Assembly: GCF_006345805.1 (NCBI RefSeq) | Contig: NC_043010.1 | Location: 36,642,001-36,706,000, forward strand | DNA: 64,000 bases | Direction: 5' to 3' | Source of the DNA: Octopus sinensis | Lineage: Eukaryota | Part shown: positions 38,505 through 51,725 of the stretch, piece after piece | Layout: each line of letters starts with the position of its first letter | Position numbering within the stretch: the stretch's first letter is position 1 | Translations under genes and position numbers: made by a program | The notes under the pieces: generated by a model | Seen by the model: the letters and a program-made list of their open reading frames with translations, nothing else | The model's database searches: none | What the model was told of the DNA's origin: nothing

Positions 38505-38810
38505 AAATGGAGCAAAAGCGCAATAGAATGCAATAAAACATTCAGATAGACGATACGAGGCGGACATCAGAAAAACAATTAGGACAGGCAAAAAAAGAGA
38601 CGGGTCATTTGAAGCCTTCTTTCATCAGTCAAGTCCCAGATGTCACGACTGTTTCGGGCAGTTACACTGAGACGGTTCGATCTGGTTGCCCCCCAAAAAG
38701 CTAAAGCTAAGAGCATTATACCCCTTTATAAGAAAGCTAGCTAATGTGTACGGCAACAATGACATAAAAACAGAGAACATGGTACAGAAAAAGACGAAAA
38801 AAGGAGGACA
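38505..38810 (-). repeat. Interspersed repeat P3
   Basis: On - strand aatgctcttagc...gcccGAAACAGTC...cttgaCTGATGAaagaaggcttcaaatgacccgtc, flanked by TA tracts. Confidence 0.65.
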
Positions 38811-38999
38811 TGATATATATATATATATATCGGCAACATCAACATTCTTTTTCTCTGCCGTAAGGCACAATATCTAACGCGCCAGCTGAATTCAATTCGT
38901 TTCCTAGTCGAAAGACGCCTGTTGTGATGTCCTGTTGTTATTATTATTATTATTATTATTATTGTTGTTGTTTTTTCGTATTATTTTTGTATTTATATT

Positions 39000-39240
39000 C
39001 GTGTAACATCGCCCGTTTTTCCGTCTTTGTTTCGTATACTTTCGAAGCCTTTTTCCGAGGAAACTAATGCTCTTAGCTTAGTTTTTCCTTGGGGCTGGCC
39101 AGATTGGAGTAATCTCAAGATTAATCAGCCGAAATTGCGAGGATGATCCGGTTCTTGACTGAAGATTAAAGGCTTCGAATGACCCGTCCGTGTTTTTTGT
39201 ATCGTCTTCTGGACGTTTTGCGTTCTTGTCCATTTTGTAT
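39000..39240 (+). repeat. Interspersed repeat P3, diverged, inverted relative to the 38505 copy
   Basis: aatgctcttagc...gccGAAA...cttgaCTGAAGAttaaaggcttcgaatgacccgtc. Confidence 0.6.
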
Positions 39241-39515
39241 ATATAACCAAAAGTTTATGTCATACTAAGGACGGTAAAGTAGAATTACATCACTAAACCA
39301 GAATTCGATCTATGGTTAAGCTTTTTCAAGAACTCATTTCCGTTCATTCCCTCTCTTTCAATCCGCTTTTATGTGATAAATAAACTAGTTTAGAGCCATT
39401 TTGCGTCTTCTTCTAGCATGTGGCATTACCTGGTACTTGACCTTGCTATAATTTTATAATCATATTTATAAAATTATATGCTTTGTATACATGAATACAT
39501 ACATACATACGTACG

Positions 39516-39620
39516 TGAAGGAGCCTTGGATCTAGGTTAGAAACCGGTTATCTCTCTATCGGCAAGAAATCTTGAAATAAACTGAATAATGACATACATA
39601 CATACATGCATACATGCATA
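39516..39620 (+). repeat. Short interspersed repeat embedded in (CATA)n
   Basis: gaaggagccttggatctaggttagaaaccggt...gaaataaactgaataatgacatacata. Second copy at 8505 (-). Confidence 0.6.
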
Positions 39621-40373
39621 CATAGGTATATATGCATGCTTGCAAATAAATATGTGCGTTTATATAGACATATACATATAAAAATAAACATGCATATATG
39701 TATATATGTATGTGTATATATGTATCTATGCATGTATGCAAATTTGAATGTCTGTATATTGAAACAAACCGATGTATATATATAGGTATTATAGAAATGC
39801 AACTGTAATACTTACATTCAATAAACATATACACATCCATAAATACACAGAAAAACACACATATGCATACATTCACACACAAACACATACACGCATGTGT
39901 ATATATATATATATAATATATATAAATACATATATATATGTATGCATGTATGTGTGTATACTTGTATATATATATACACATGCATATACACATATACACA
40001 CCCGCATGTGTACATATACACATGCTTACTCACAAGCTAGCGTGGGAAACTTTGACCCGAATCTTCAATCTGACAGTTTAATATTACAAATACTGTCTCA
40101 ACTCGCGTTACATGTTGTTTTCTAGGACGATCTAAATAGCATGTCGACCCGCAAAGTGACATCCAGTCACGTGACATCATCTTTGAAAACACCTCAGTAG
40201 ATTTGGTGTTGCCTCTTTTTTTTTTTATTCATTCCTGGCAGGTTGTATTGCTAAATATAACAGATCGCTGTTTACAATGAATGCCTCAAGAAGTAGCAAT
40301 GCAAACTGCCCGTGCCAATCTGTGTTTGTGTGTGTGTGTGTGTATATGTGTGAGCGTGCGCCTGCCTGCATCA

Positions 40374-40487
<114 letters not shown>

Positions 40488-40524
40488 TCTATCTATTTAT
40501 CTCTCTCCCTATCTCTCTCTCTCT

Positions 40525-40595
<71 letters not shown>

Positions 40596-40860
40596 GATAC
40601 CCTAAATTATAATTTCAATAATAATTATTATTACCTTTGAAGGTTTTTATTCCTACGTTGGTCACTTGATAGGATCGATATTTAATTTAAATTAACGATC
40701 TTATCCTTATATATATATATATATATAAGATCAGCAACAATTTAGATTCAAATGAATATGGTACTTAATTTAGATGCACCAGAATTTTGTATGGTGTTAC
40801 CCATACAAATATGCGGGGTGATTATAATCAAAAACAAGCAACAAGAATGACTCCGGTAAT

Positions 40861-40946
40861 TTAGTACAATTGTTTCATACTACAGCATTTTATTAAAAGC
40901 TGTAAATATTACAGCAAATTTAAGATGCTGAGTAATCATCAGCTAA
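40861..40946 (-). ncRNA. Type-I hammerhead ribozyme motif, long stem II
   Basis: ttag-CTGATGA-t-tactcagcat...atgctgtagta-t-GAAA-CAATTG-TA-ctaa. Confidence 0.78.
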
Positions 40947-41134
40947 TTTATATAGGATTTCCAATAATATAAAATGTTTTCAAGTTATAAGCAAAGTTTT
41001 GGTCAGTTAGCATCTGAACCACACGACCTCATGTTCCTAAAATTCATATCTACATCTTTATCTGTATATTTACCTTCCCTAAGTTGTTATTACTTGATTT
41101 GAAAACCTTTATATTATTGGAAAACCTATATAAA

Positions 41135-41220
41135 TTAGCTGAAGATTACTCAGCATCTTAAATCTGGTGTAATATTTACAGCTTTTAATAAAATGTTGTA
41201 GTATGAAACAATTGTACTAA
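41135..41220 (+). ncRNA. Type-I hammerhead ribozyme motif, long stem II
   Basis: ttag-CTGAAGA (41139-41145)-t-tactcagcat...atgttgtagta-t-GAAA (41205-41208)-CAATTG-TA-ctaa. Predicted GUA site ending at 41216. Confidence 0.78.
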
Positions 41221-41451
41221 ACTACCGGATTCATTCTTGTTGCTTATTTTTGATTATATCTATATAAGATACATATATGTACATGTATGTGTGAGTGTGT
41301 GTGTATGAGCACACGCGTATGCGGGGTGGGGTATGTGTAGGTAAGTAGGTATCTATATATATTATATATATATATATTCTATATATATATATACGTATAT
41401 AATAATTAATTTTTCATTATTGAATAGATAAAAGGTGGGTATTTCCTAATT

Positions 41452-41484
<33 letters not shown>

Positions 41485-41789
41485 GCGCAGTCTTGACTGT
41501 GTGGTATGTATGTAAACATACTCACTCATCCACACCCACACCCACACATATGACCACTAGTAATCTATTTATAAATACTTGCACCGGTGAATCTAGCCAT
41601 GTTATTGTTTATAGTAGTGTTGCCATTGTTTAGGGCGCGGTGAGAGCAACGAGCACTTAGTGAACCAAAGGTGATTGCAATGTTGACGTGTGTATAAGTG
41701 TGTATAAGTGTGTATAAGTGTGTGCTTGGCTATGCGTGCAAGTGCGTGTGTACATATACTTACATATACAGTCTATATTGATACGCGCA

Positions 41790-41842
<53 letters not shown>

Positions 41843-41940
41843 ACACAATCACACATTCACACTCACACTGACAGGAATATATATATATATATACACACGT
41901 TTTTAACGGAAGATATGTGTTCTGTATGTGTATATATATG

Positions 41941-42005
<65 letters not shown>

Positions 42006-42222
42006 CTGACGAGCTACAAGTGGATTTTTTTGTAAGTAAAATTACATTTAATTCATTAATAGCGAAACAATTGTCCCAAAATAATCTGTATTTGTTATTT
42101 TTATTTGCCCTGTCCGTGTGAGCTAACATCGTACTGACTTTCATGGGAAACATGTATTTTTGTGGTTGAAACCTTTTGGATTAACTAGTGCTAGAGTGAG
42201 CCATATAGTGACACTCTCTTTA

Positions 42223-42254
<32 letters not shown>

Positions 42255-43220
42255 ACAAACATATACATTTATACATACAAATAACATATATATAACATAT
42301 TATATATATACATATATATATATTACATATATTATATAAATATATATATATATATATTATATATATAATATATAATATAATATGCATGTATATATATGCG
42401 TATATAATATGTATAATTATATATATATACTTATATATATATATAATATATACATATAGAGAGAGCGTGAGATGAGAGAGATAGAAAAGTAGCTACCACA
42501 CATATGTAGATATATATATATTGATATATGTGTCTCTATAACTATATATTTACATATATGCGTGTATGTGTATGTGTGTGTTTCTGTGCGTGTGCAAACG
42601 TGTATGTAGATAAAACCATATATGTACACATGTTTGTGTACGCATATATGTATATACTTGTGTGTGTGTGTGCGTGTGTGTGTGTGTGGTGCGTGTGTGT
42701 GTGTGTATTGTGTGTATGCTTGTTGAGAGTGTGAATGTTGAATCTGTCTGCATACACATTCATACAAGAAGACGAAACTTATTAACACAGCTTGTCATAA
42801 TCTTTCTATTTTCAAACGCGCGCGCGCACACACACACACACACACCCTTCCAGCGAAAGAGTGTGTGTGTGCGTGCATTTGTGCGTGTGAACGTGTATAC
42901 CATGTACGCGTATTTTCTTTCCCTGGTAATTTCCTTAAATCCGAAATTAACTTTAATGGTAATTAACGCAAATTGCTTGTTTAAATTTATGGCACTGGCC
43001 ACTTGGCGTTATCTCCCTTAGTTCCGATTGTTTCATTTATCGTCTATTATTTGTTTGTTTCAGTCATTAGATTGTGGCCATGATGGGACACCGCGTTGAT
43101 GAAATTTTCAAGGCTGGCACCTATTCCATCGCTCACTTTTGCCAAACAGCTAAGTTACAGGGACATAAACACATAAAACAGACAGTCAAACGGTCATGGA
43201 AACAAACATAGCCATAGACG

Positions 43221-43299
<79 letters not shown>

Positions 43300-43322
43300 T
43301 ATATTTATTTATATATATATAT

Positions 43323-43685
43323 AATTTCAAAATAAGGTGATTAAAAAAATCACCTTATTTACAACTGTAATGTTGTTGGTAAAACATGTTCTTTGTCTAT
43401 CTCCTTATCCTCTTGGAGATTTTAGGTAAAATTATACTGTGTCCTTTTGATTTAATTAAATTCTATGCCTTCGTGCAGCTGAAGATTGCTCTACATTTTA
43501 AATTGATGTAATGAAATGATTGCATTGTTCTAGTAAATGGAGTCGCATGAAACGATCGTACTGCATTACCTCTGGATATCCTTGTTGCTTATTTTGATTT
43601 TAATCACCTTATTTTGAAATTGTACGGATAATACTGTACTAAATTTTGGTGCCTCAACTTAAATACCATATTCATCTGAATCTCT
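43323..43685 (+). mobile_element. Penelope-like terminal repeat fragment related to the 40.7-41.3 kb element
   Basis: 24-bp inverted arms (43323-43346 / 43598-43621). Shares cttgttgcttatttt..gatt and taccatattcat.tgaatct with the 40.7 kb element and follows a long (TA)n. Confidence 0.7.
43473..43566 (+). ncRNA. Type-I hammerhead ribozyme motif, long stem II
   Basis: gtgcag-CTGAAGA (43479-43485)-t-tgc...gca-t-GAAA (43549-43552)-CGATCG-TA-ctgcat. 6-bp stem I, palindromic stem III, GUA site ending at 43560. Confidence 0.8.
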
Positions 43686-43771
43686 CTCTCTCTCTCTTAT
43701 TTGTTACGTAACTAATTCAAGCTTGTTATGAAACATTTGTAGTCTGTATTTTATCTGTTCCACAACCTCTT

Positions 43772-43825
<54 letters not shown>

Positions 43826-43897
43826 TATATATATGCTGTGCCCCAGCATGGCCACAGCTCATTAGCTGAAACTGGAAAAATCAAAATCATTTATGTA

Positions 43898-43943
<46 letters not shown>

Positions 43944-44164
43944 TATATATAATTTATATATAATATATATATAATTATAATATATAACATCCGTTCTGTC
44001 TGTGTTTGTGTCTTCTAGGATCTCAGACATCCTCCATCCGATTGCACTCAAATTTGAAATATATATCAGGGCGTGTATAAGTTTTGAAAAAAATTACAAA
44101 ATCGATTCCAGGTGAGAATGCGATCGATAAAGCCTGGGAACGTGCATTTGTACGCGCATTTGTA

Positions 44165-44264
44165 NNNNNNNNNNNNNNNNNNNNNNNNNNNNNNNNNNNN
44201 NNNNNNNNNNNNNNNNNNNNNNNNNNNNNNNNNNNNNNNNNNNNNNNNNNNNNNNNNNNNNNNN
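44165..44264. other. Assembly gap (100 N)
   Basis: Run of N. The true distance and adjacency across it are unknown. Confidence 0.99.
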
Positions 44265-44814
44265 TCCTCCACAATAGATCTAAATGTGGGAAAAAGAGCC
44301 ACCATAAAAATGAAGGGTAAAAACCTATGCAAATTTATCCAGTTTAACAACATAGACCTTTATTTATCTATCACCAAAGCTCTATAAAACCATACAGTTC
44401 GTATCAAAGCACATAACCATTTGAACAGACAACTTCGACATCTTAATAACACAAAACAATTACGAATGCTCAATAAAGAATTGAACGTGGATAACAGTTA
44501 GACATTTACTTCTGTAGCCTCTACGGCGCCAATGTATGAATGTGTGCACATACTTCTCATGAGTGAACTAGAACTTATAAGCAACAATACTACGAACGAG
44601 AGATGACGATTTCATGGCATTCAGGGAATAGAGAAGACCCAAGTCCGACATATTCAGGGATAAAAACCATATCCACTTCGAAACTTTTGACTGAAAACAG
44701 AAACAGATAAAAACCTGTTATTTACCAACTACATGATTAAAATTAATTTAACATCGGTTCCGACTTATTCTATATATATAAAACTGCTTTATTCCAAACA
44801 TATGCCAGATGTTA

Positions 44815-45214
44815 TCTTCTTTATATATAAAAGTCAAGTTGTGTGTCTGTCTCCTACGATTTAGATTCCTAACTACTCCCACATTTTGCGGTGCAGTTTA
44901 ACCAAAACCGGATATCTTATAGTCGTGATTCATATCGAGCCCTTCTGGGTATTAGCGCGCGTCTACGATGAGTCTACGATTTAAAAAAAATTTACCATAA
45001 TTTTTTTTCCATTTTAATGCATTTTTTCGCTAGCATATAAGGGAAGTAACTCTCTAAAAATGTCTGCGATGAGTCAACGATTTAAAAAATAATTTACCAT
45101 AATTTTTTTTCCATTTTTAATGCATTTTTTGCTGTTTTTTTGGCTATATATCTCTAAAAATGCTTATATAGTTATTTCCCTTACAAACCGAGCAACGCCG
45201 GGCGATACTGCTAG
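44815..45214 (+). mobile_element. Non-autonomous Helitron
   Basis: 5' TC (tcttctttatatataaaa) after A, 3' GC hairpin ccgagcaacgccggg then CTAG followed by T, no TSD, internal tandem duplication of about 100 bp. Confidence 0.85.
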
Positions 45215-45518
45215 TTAGCTATAAGCAAACGTATAAGCAAGGCTTCTTTGATAACTTTTTACATGACTGGGGACATGTTTAATCAGGCGTTCGTTTGGAG
45301 CCACTTCAAAACCGCTAGATACAAACAACAACAGAAAATATACTACGAGAAAAAACGCAGTTGTTGTTCGATGCACCATCCAACAACATTATAAAATTAT
45401 GACATGATTCCGCTTCTTAACCAGCAGCCACTTCAACAAAGACATCCAATTTTCCTGAAATTATTGTTCAAAGAGAACAATATACAGTTCAATATTTCTA
45501 CATATTTTTGTTTTTTAA

Positions 45519-45710
45519 GCGGCGAGCTGACAGAAGTGTTACCACGGCGGGCTAAATGCTTAGCAGCATTTCGTCTGTCTTTGAGTTCAAATTCCGCTGA
45601 GGTCGACTTTGTCCTTCATATCTTTCGGGGTCGATAAAATAAACACCAGTTGAGCAATCGACTTACAATCTCCTCCCGAAATTGCTGGCCTTGTGCCAAA
45701 ATTTGATATC
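45519..45710 (+). mobile_element. SINE family B variant
   Basis: gcggcgagctgacagaa...gagttcaaattccgctgaggtcgactttg...ggggtcgataaaataa. Confidence 0.8.
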
Positions 45711-45864
45711 AATATTTCTCCATTTTCCGTATGAAATATAATTTCGTTGCATAACCGCCATCTTTCGACACAATACAAACAGAACATACGAAAGGCTACG
45801 TAACCGTAACTATCGAAAAACTTATCGGTGTCTCTTGGATTACCAGTGCAACAGCAACTGCTGT

Positions 45865-46045
45865 GGAGGCGCAATGGACCAATGGTTAGGGCAGTGGACT
45901 CGCGGTCGTAAGAAGGCGGTTCCAATTCCCAGACCGAGCGTTGTGAGTGAATATTGAACAAAAACACCTAAGCTCTACGAGGCTCCGGTGAGGAAGGGGT
46001 GAACCCCGCTGTACTATTTCACCACAACTTTCACCCTTTCTTCCT
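45865..46045 (+). mobile_element. SINE family C head
   Basis: ggaggcgcaatggaccaatggttagggcagtggactcgcggtcg...caccacaacttt. Confidence 0.8.
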
Positions 46046-46253
46046 ACTTCTGCCACAAAGCAGAGGAACCATGATGTAACCCACTATGGTGTGGATAAAC
46101 TTTCAGACCTAGTCTAGATTGCGAATCCTCTGAACCCCGTCAAAAGCCACCGTTTAAGGAATGAGGATAACAACGTAGCATTCGCGCCTGTGCAACCGCC
46201 ACTCTATCGCGTGTGGTTGGTGGATCTTCAAGTTGCCGCACGCATTATAAGTA

Positions 46254-46935
46254 GCTTAGCGGTTCGCCAAAGGAGATCGATAAAATAACTTAGCGGATCG
46301 CCAAATAGAATCGATAAAATATCTTAGCGGTTCTCCAAAGGAGATCGATAAAGTAACTAAGCGGTTCGCCAACCGTGATCGATAAAATAACTTAGCGGTT
46401 TGCCAAACATGATCGATAAAATAAATTAGCGGTTCGCAAAAGGAGATCGATAAAATAACTTAACGGTTCGCCAAAGGAGATGGATAAAATAACTTTGCGG
46501 TTTGCCAACCATGATCGATAAAATAACTTAGCGGTTCGCCAAACATTATCGATAAATAACTTAGCGGTCTACCAAAGGGTATCGATGATATAACGTAGCG
46601 GTTGGCAAAAGGATATCGATAAAATATTCTAGCGGTTCGCCAAAGGAGATCGATAAAATAACTTAGCATTTCGCAAAAGGAGATCGATAAAATATTCTGG
46701 CGGTTCGCCAAAGGTGATTGATAAAATAACGAAGCAATTCCCAAAGGTGATCGATAAAATAACGAAGCGGTTCACCAAACGTGATCAATGAATTAATTTA
46801 GCGGTTCGCCAAGCGAGAACGATAAAATAACGAAGCAGTTCGCCAAAGGTGATCGATAAAATAACTTAGCAGTGCGCCAAAGGAGATTGATAAAATAACT
46901 AAGCTGTTCGCCAAACTAGATCGATACAATAACTA
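46254..46935 (+). repeat. 34-bp minisatellite, about 20 copies, SINE A-derived
   Basis: Unit aacttagcggttcgccaaaggagatcgataaaat versus SINE A internal aacttagcggttcggcaaaagagaccgatagaat. Confidence 0.9.
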
Positions 46936-47369
46936 CGCTGGATTTGCCGGGTCAGAGTAAAAGATAGTACCTGACTACCTGATGGACTCCGGTCCTTGAT
47001 TAGCTATCGAGGTTGACTCCCCTAGGCTTTTTGCTTTCACAAGGCACCCACAAGGCAGTGAGGGTTTGTGCTTAAAGTTTCTTCCATAACATGCTAATTA
47101 ACCCATAACGGAGACCCCCTATAGGTGCTACTACTCCGAGTCAGAGTTCACCTGAGGACAATAGTGTCTGAGAGATGGCGCCCCACTTCTAAAATCTCTG
47201 GAACTCATGAACCAGGGACCCCACTACCGGGCATTGTTTAAAGTTATGCCCAGGACAAATGTGTTTATGCGTATGCGTGTGCGTATGTGTGTGTGTGTGT
47301 GTGTGTGCGTATGTGTGTGTGTGTGTGTGTGTGTATGTGTGTGTGTGTGTGCGTATGTGTGTGTGTGTA

Positions 47370-48161
47370 CAGGGCGTTCACAAAGTCTTTAGACAATTTC
47401 AAAAAGTCATTATGTAAAATTTAGAAGCAGTGGCTACTAAATTCTTGTTGCTTATTAATGTAATTATTTATCAAAGATTTTTTTAATGATGTTACTAGTT
47501 TTATTAATGTTATTTTCTTTCATGTTTCAGATCGCAATTAATGTTGTTTTTATGTTTCAGACAAAGACTACTCCACAAGAAAAGGCACAATATGCGTCTT
47601 GGTTTATCGGAAACAAAGTCGGATATTCAAATACGAAGAAATTAAACGGCTAAATATGGAAAGCAAGTTCCGGCACGTCAGTCGATTTGCAACTGGCGTA
47701 AGTAATTTATGGAAAAGGTGACGATGCTATATAAACCAAGTACTGGCAGGCTAAGAACATCTGGAGAATATATTAAATGTGTCCGTCAGTCATTTCAACG
47801 TTTCCCATCTAAGTCCATCCGTACTGCTTCCGCTTAGCTGCAACTACCGAGATCAGCAATTGATAAAGTGATCCATAAGTGTTGTGAGGCTTTATGCAGA
47901 TAAAGCTCAATTATTGCAAGCAATTAAGGTAAATGACAAGCTGCAACGAAAATAATTCTGCTGTTATAATTTGCTTGTTATAATTCTGCAAAAACAAATC
48001 GAAGAAGATGAGTTCTTTAATCGCATTTGCTTGTTATAATTCTGCAAAAAGATCGAAGATGAGTTCTTTAATCGCATTTGCTTTACGTAAGAGGTAAACT
48101 TCGATGTGTCTAGAAAACTTAATAAGCATTATGCAAGAATTTGGGGATCGAAAAATACCCA

Positions 48162-48165
<4 letters not shown>
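47370..48165 (+). mobile_element. Tc1/mariner element 5' part with decayed transposase
   Basis: TA-cagggcgttcacaaagtc terminus. TPQEKAQYASWFI/ETKSDIQIRRN*TAKYGK...TGRLRTS...FQRFPSKSIRTAS...ICFT*EVNFDVSRKLNKHYARIWGSKN (cf. FSDEATFHVSGKVN.HN.RIWGSENP). Confidence 0.82.
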
Positions 48166-48926
<761 letters not shown>

Positions 48927-49135
48927 TCAGTTAATTCTGATCCAGGACTAAGCAGCAACAAACCAATGAAAAAAGATTTTAGAATAAGTCATGAGTAAAC
49001 CGTGGCCCTCGAGCCTCGTGCGACCCGTGAGACTTTTTGAATGGCACGCCTAACAAAAAGTCACCTAGTATTTTTATTAGTAGTGAGTCCTGTTTGATGA
49101 TGACCCAGGTCTCATGCGGCCCTCTTCTCGATAAC

Positions 49136-49366
49136 TCTTTCTTTACTACCCACAAGGGGCTAAACACAGAGAGGACAAACAATGACAGACAAACAGATTA
49201 AGTCGATTATATCGACTCCAGTACGTAACTGGTACTTAATTTATCGACCCCGAAAGGATGAAAGGCAAAGTCGACCTCGGCGGAATTTGAACTCAGAACG
49301 TAGCGGCAGACGAAATACCGATAAGCATTTCGCCCGGCGTGCTAACGATTCTGCCAGCTCGCCGCC
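49136..49366 (-). mobile_element. SINE family B with 15-bp TSD
   Basis: TSD cctcttctcgataac at 49121-49135 and 49365-49379. Confidence 0.93.
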
Positions 49367-50934
49367 TCTTCTCGATAACGTTTGCCCATGCCTGCACTAA
49401 ATGGTCGTTAAACCTGGTAGAAATAGAAGCCAAATCCCATGCAGATTACATCTTAATGTTCTGAAATGGGTGGAGGGGAGGTGATGTTGGATAACATCGT
49501 TATCGTTCTAAATGTGTTTTGTGTTTGAATAGAGAACGGAACGGAATGGTCACAGCTGGAACGACTTGAGCCTAAATCTGCTTGGTTTAGTTTCAACCCC
49601 GGGGCTGATCGGGAGCTAAACCACGACAACAATAGCAGCTGCAGCAACAACAACTACAATACTAGCAACAACAACAACAACTACTACTACTACTACACAA
49701 GCAGCAACAGTAGCAACAGTAGCAACAGTAGCAGCAACAACATATTCTCTGATGTTCGCTTTTTATCGTTCATATTTACATTACAAATCATTAAAGCCAT
49801 TAAGGCTGATTTTATCGAAACGCAGAGATCAATATGATCGATGTCATGTGATCGATTATTTTTGATTTAGTTTTGGCTTGTTTTTTCTTCCTTGAGGTTT
49901 TTTTTTTTTTTTGATGGGGGTGGGGTATATGGTATTTTTCTTCTTTTTTTTTCTATAACGAAAGAAGTATAAAAATTGAAAGGAGGTGCAGAGTTGCAGT
50001 AAAAAAAAAAAAAGTGAATGGGGGATGCCTCTGTGTGGGGTGGGAGGTTGTTCTTGTGGTGATGGTGGTGGTGGTGGTGGTGGTGGTGGTGGTGGTGGTT
50101 GGGGGAGTTGATTATGCTGGGCAATAGAAAGAAGGGTGTTGGGAGTGGAAGAGATGGCGATATTGTTATTGATGTTGTTCCTGGTGGTGGTGGTGGTGGT
50201 GGTGGTGGTGGTGGTGGTTGCGGGTGGTGGTGGTGGTGGTGGTGGTGGTGGTGGTGGTGGCGGCGGCGGTGGGGCGGTAGTCATGGTGGTGGTACTGCTG
50301 GTAGTGATGCTGTTCGAAATGGTGGCAGTACTTGTGGTAGTTGTGGTAGTTGGTGGTGGTGGTGGTCCCGGTGGTGGCGGTAGTCATGGTGGTGGTACTG
50401 CTGGTAGTGATGCTGTTCTAAATGGTGGCAGTACTTGTGGTAGTTGTGGTAGTGGTGGGTGGTGGTGGTGGTGGTGGTGGTGGTGGTGGTGGTGGTGGTG
50501 GTGGTAGTGGTCATGGTGGTGGTGATAGTGGCAGTGGTGGTGATAGTAGTCATGGTGGTAGTACTGGTACTGGTACTGGTGGTGCTGGTACTGGTGTCAA
50601 TGAAGATGAAGAGCTTTGGTGGTGGCTAGCCTTGTTGGAGGTGGATGAGGAGGTGATGGCGGTGGAAGTAATAGGCTGTGGTGCTGGTCTTAGTGGCATT
50701 AAGCGTCGCTGTCGATGTTGTTGTTGTTGTTGTAGGTTGTAGTGGTGGCGGTAATGGTGGGAGCGGGGGTGGTGGTGGTGGTGGTGATAAGAATAAATTT
50801 GAAGGTACAAGTGGTGTTTGTCTTAGCGTTGTTGTTGTTGTTGTTGCTGGTAGTGGTGGTGGTATCGGTTATGATATGGTGGTGGTGGTGGTGGTGATGG
50901 TGGTGGTGGTGGTGTGGTGGTGGTGGTGGTGGTA

Positions 50935-51725
50935 GTGGTAAGGGCGAGGGTCAGCTGTGGTAATGGTGGTCATGGTGGTCATGATGATGGTCAGGTTTGT
51001 GTTGGTGGTGGTGGTGGGTGGTGGTGGTGGTGGTGGTGGTGATGGTGATGGTAAGGGCGAGGGTCAGCTGTGGTAATGGTGGTCATGGTGGTCATGATGA
51101 TGGTCAGGTTTGTGTTGGTGGTGGTGGTGGTGGTGGTTATGGTGGTGGTAGTGGTGGTGGTGGTGGTGATGGTAGGAGCGAGGGTCAGCTGTGGTAATAG
51201 TGGTCATGGTGATGGTCAGGTTTGTGTTGGTGTTGATGGTGGTGGTGGTGGTGGTGGTGGTGGTGATGGTAGGGGCTGGGGTCAGCTGTGGTAATGGTGG
51301 TCATGATGATGGTCAGGTTTGTGTTGTTGTTGGTTGGTGGTGGTGGTGGTGGTGGTGATGGTAGGGGCAGGGGTCAGCTGTGGTAATGGTGGTCATGATG
51401 ATGGTCAGGTTTGTGTTGGTGGTGGTGGTGGTGGTGTTGATGGTGGTGGTAGTGGTGGTGGTGGTGATGGTAGGAGCGAGGGTCAGCTGTGGTAATAGTG
51501 GTCATGGTGATGGTCAGGTTTGTGTTGGTGTTGATGGTGGTGGTAGTGGTGGTGGTGGTGATAGTAAGGGCGAGGGTCAGCTGTGGTAATGGTGGTCATG
51601 GTGGTCATGATAATGGTCAGGTTTGTGTTGGTGGTGGTGGTGGTAGTGGTGGTGGTGGTGATGGTAGGAGCGGGGGTCAGCTGTGGTAATAGTGGTCGTG
51701 GTGATGGTCAGGTTTGTGTTGGTGT
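50935..51725. repeat. Array of 8 conserved units separated by variable (GGT)n
   Basis: gggtcagctgtggtaat(g/a)gtggtc...atggtcaggtttgtgttg repeated at about 50940, 51055, 51175, 51272, 51362, 51472, 51566 and 51664. Confidence 0.9.

Larger units (their letters stand above)
40824..41257. mobile_element. Fold-back Penelope-like element, arms of about 160 bp
   Basis: Inverted arms about 40824-40983 and 41099-41257 with a few mismatches, each holding a complete hammerhead motif. (TA)n lies nearby on both sides. Confidence 0.78.

Noticed and set aside
40166-40175. GTCACGTGAC palindromic E-box (CLEAR/USF type)
   Set aside because: An isolated 10-mer with no other promoter evidence.
44023-44387. ORFs spanning 44.0-44.4 kb
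   Set aside because: Artefacts of translation through the N gap.
46254-46935. CRISPR-like periodicity
   Set aside because: The units are contiguous with no unique spacers, they derive from a SINE, and there are no cas genes in this eukaryotic context.
50550-50810. 86-aa H/Q/P/S-rich ORF on - strand
   Set aside because: Non-ATG start, embedded in ACC repeats and lacking clear splice sites. It is kept only as part of the host-transcript hypothesis.
50935-51725. CRISPR array or Gly/His-rich structural-protein exon
   Set aside because: The spacers are only (GGT)n, and the frame shifts and stops at every unit.
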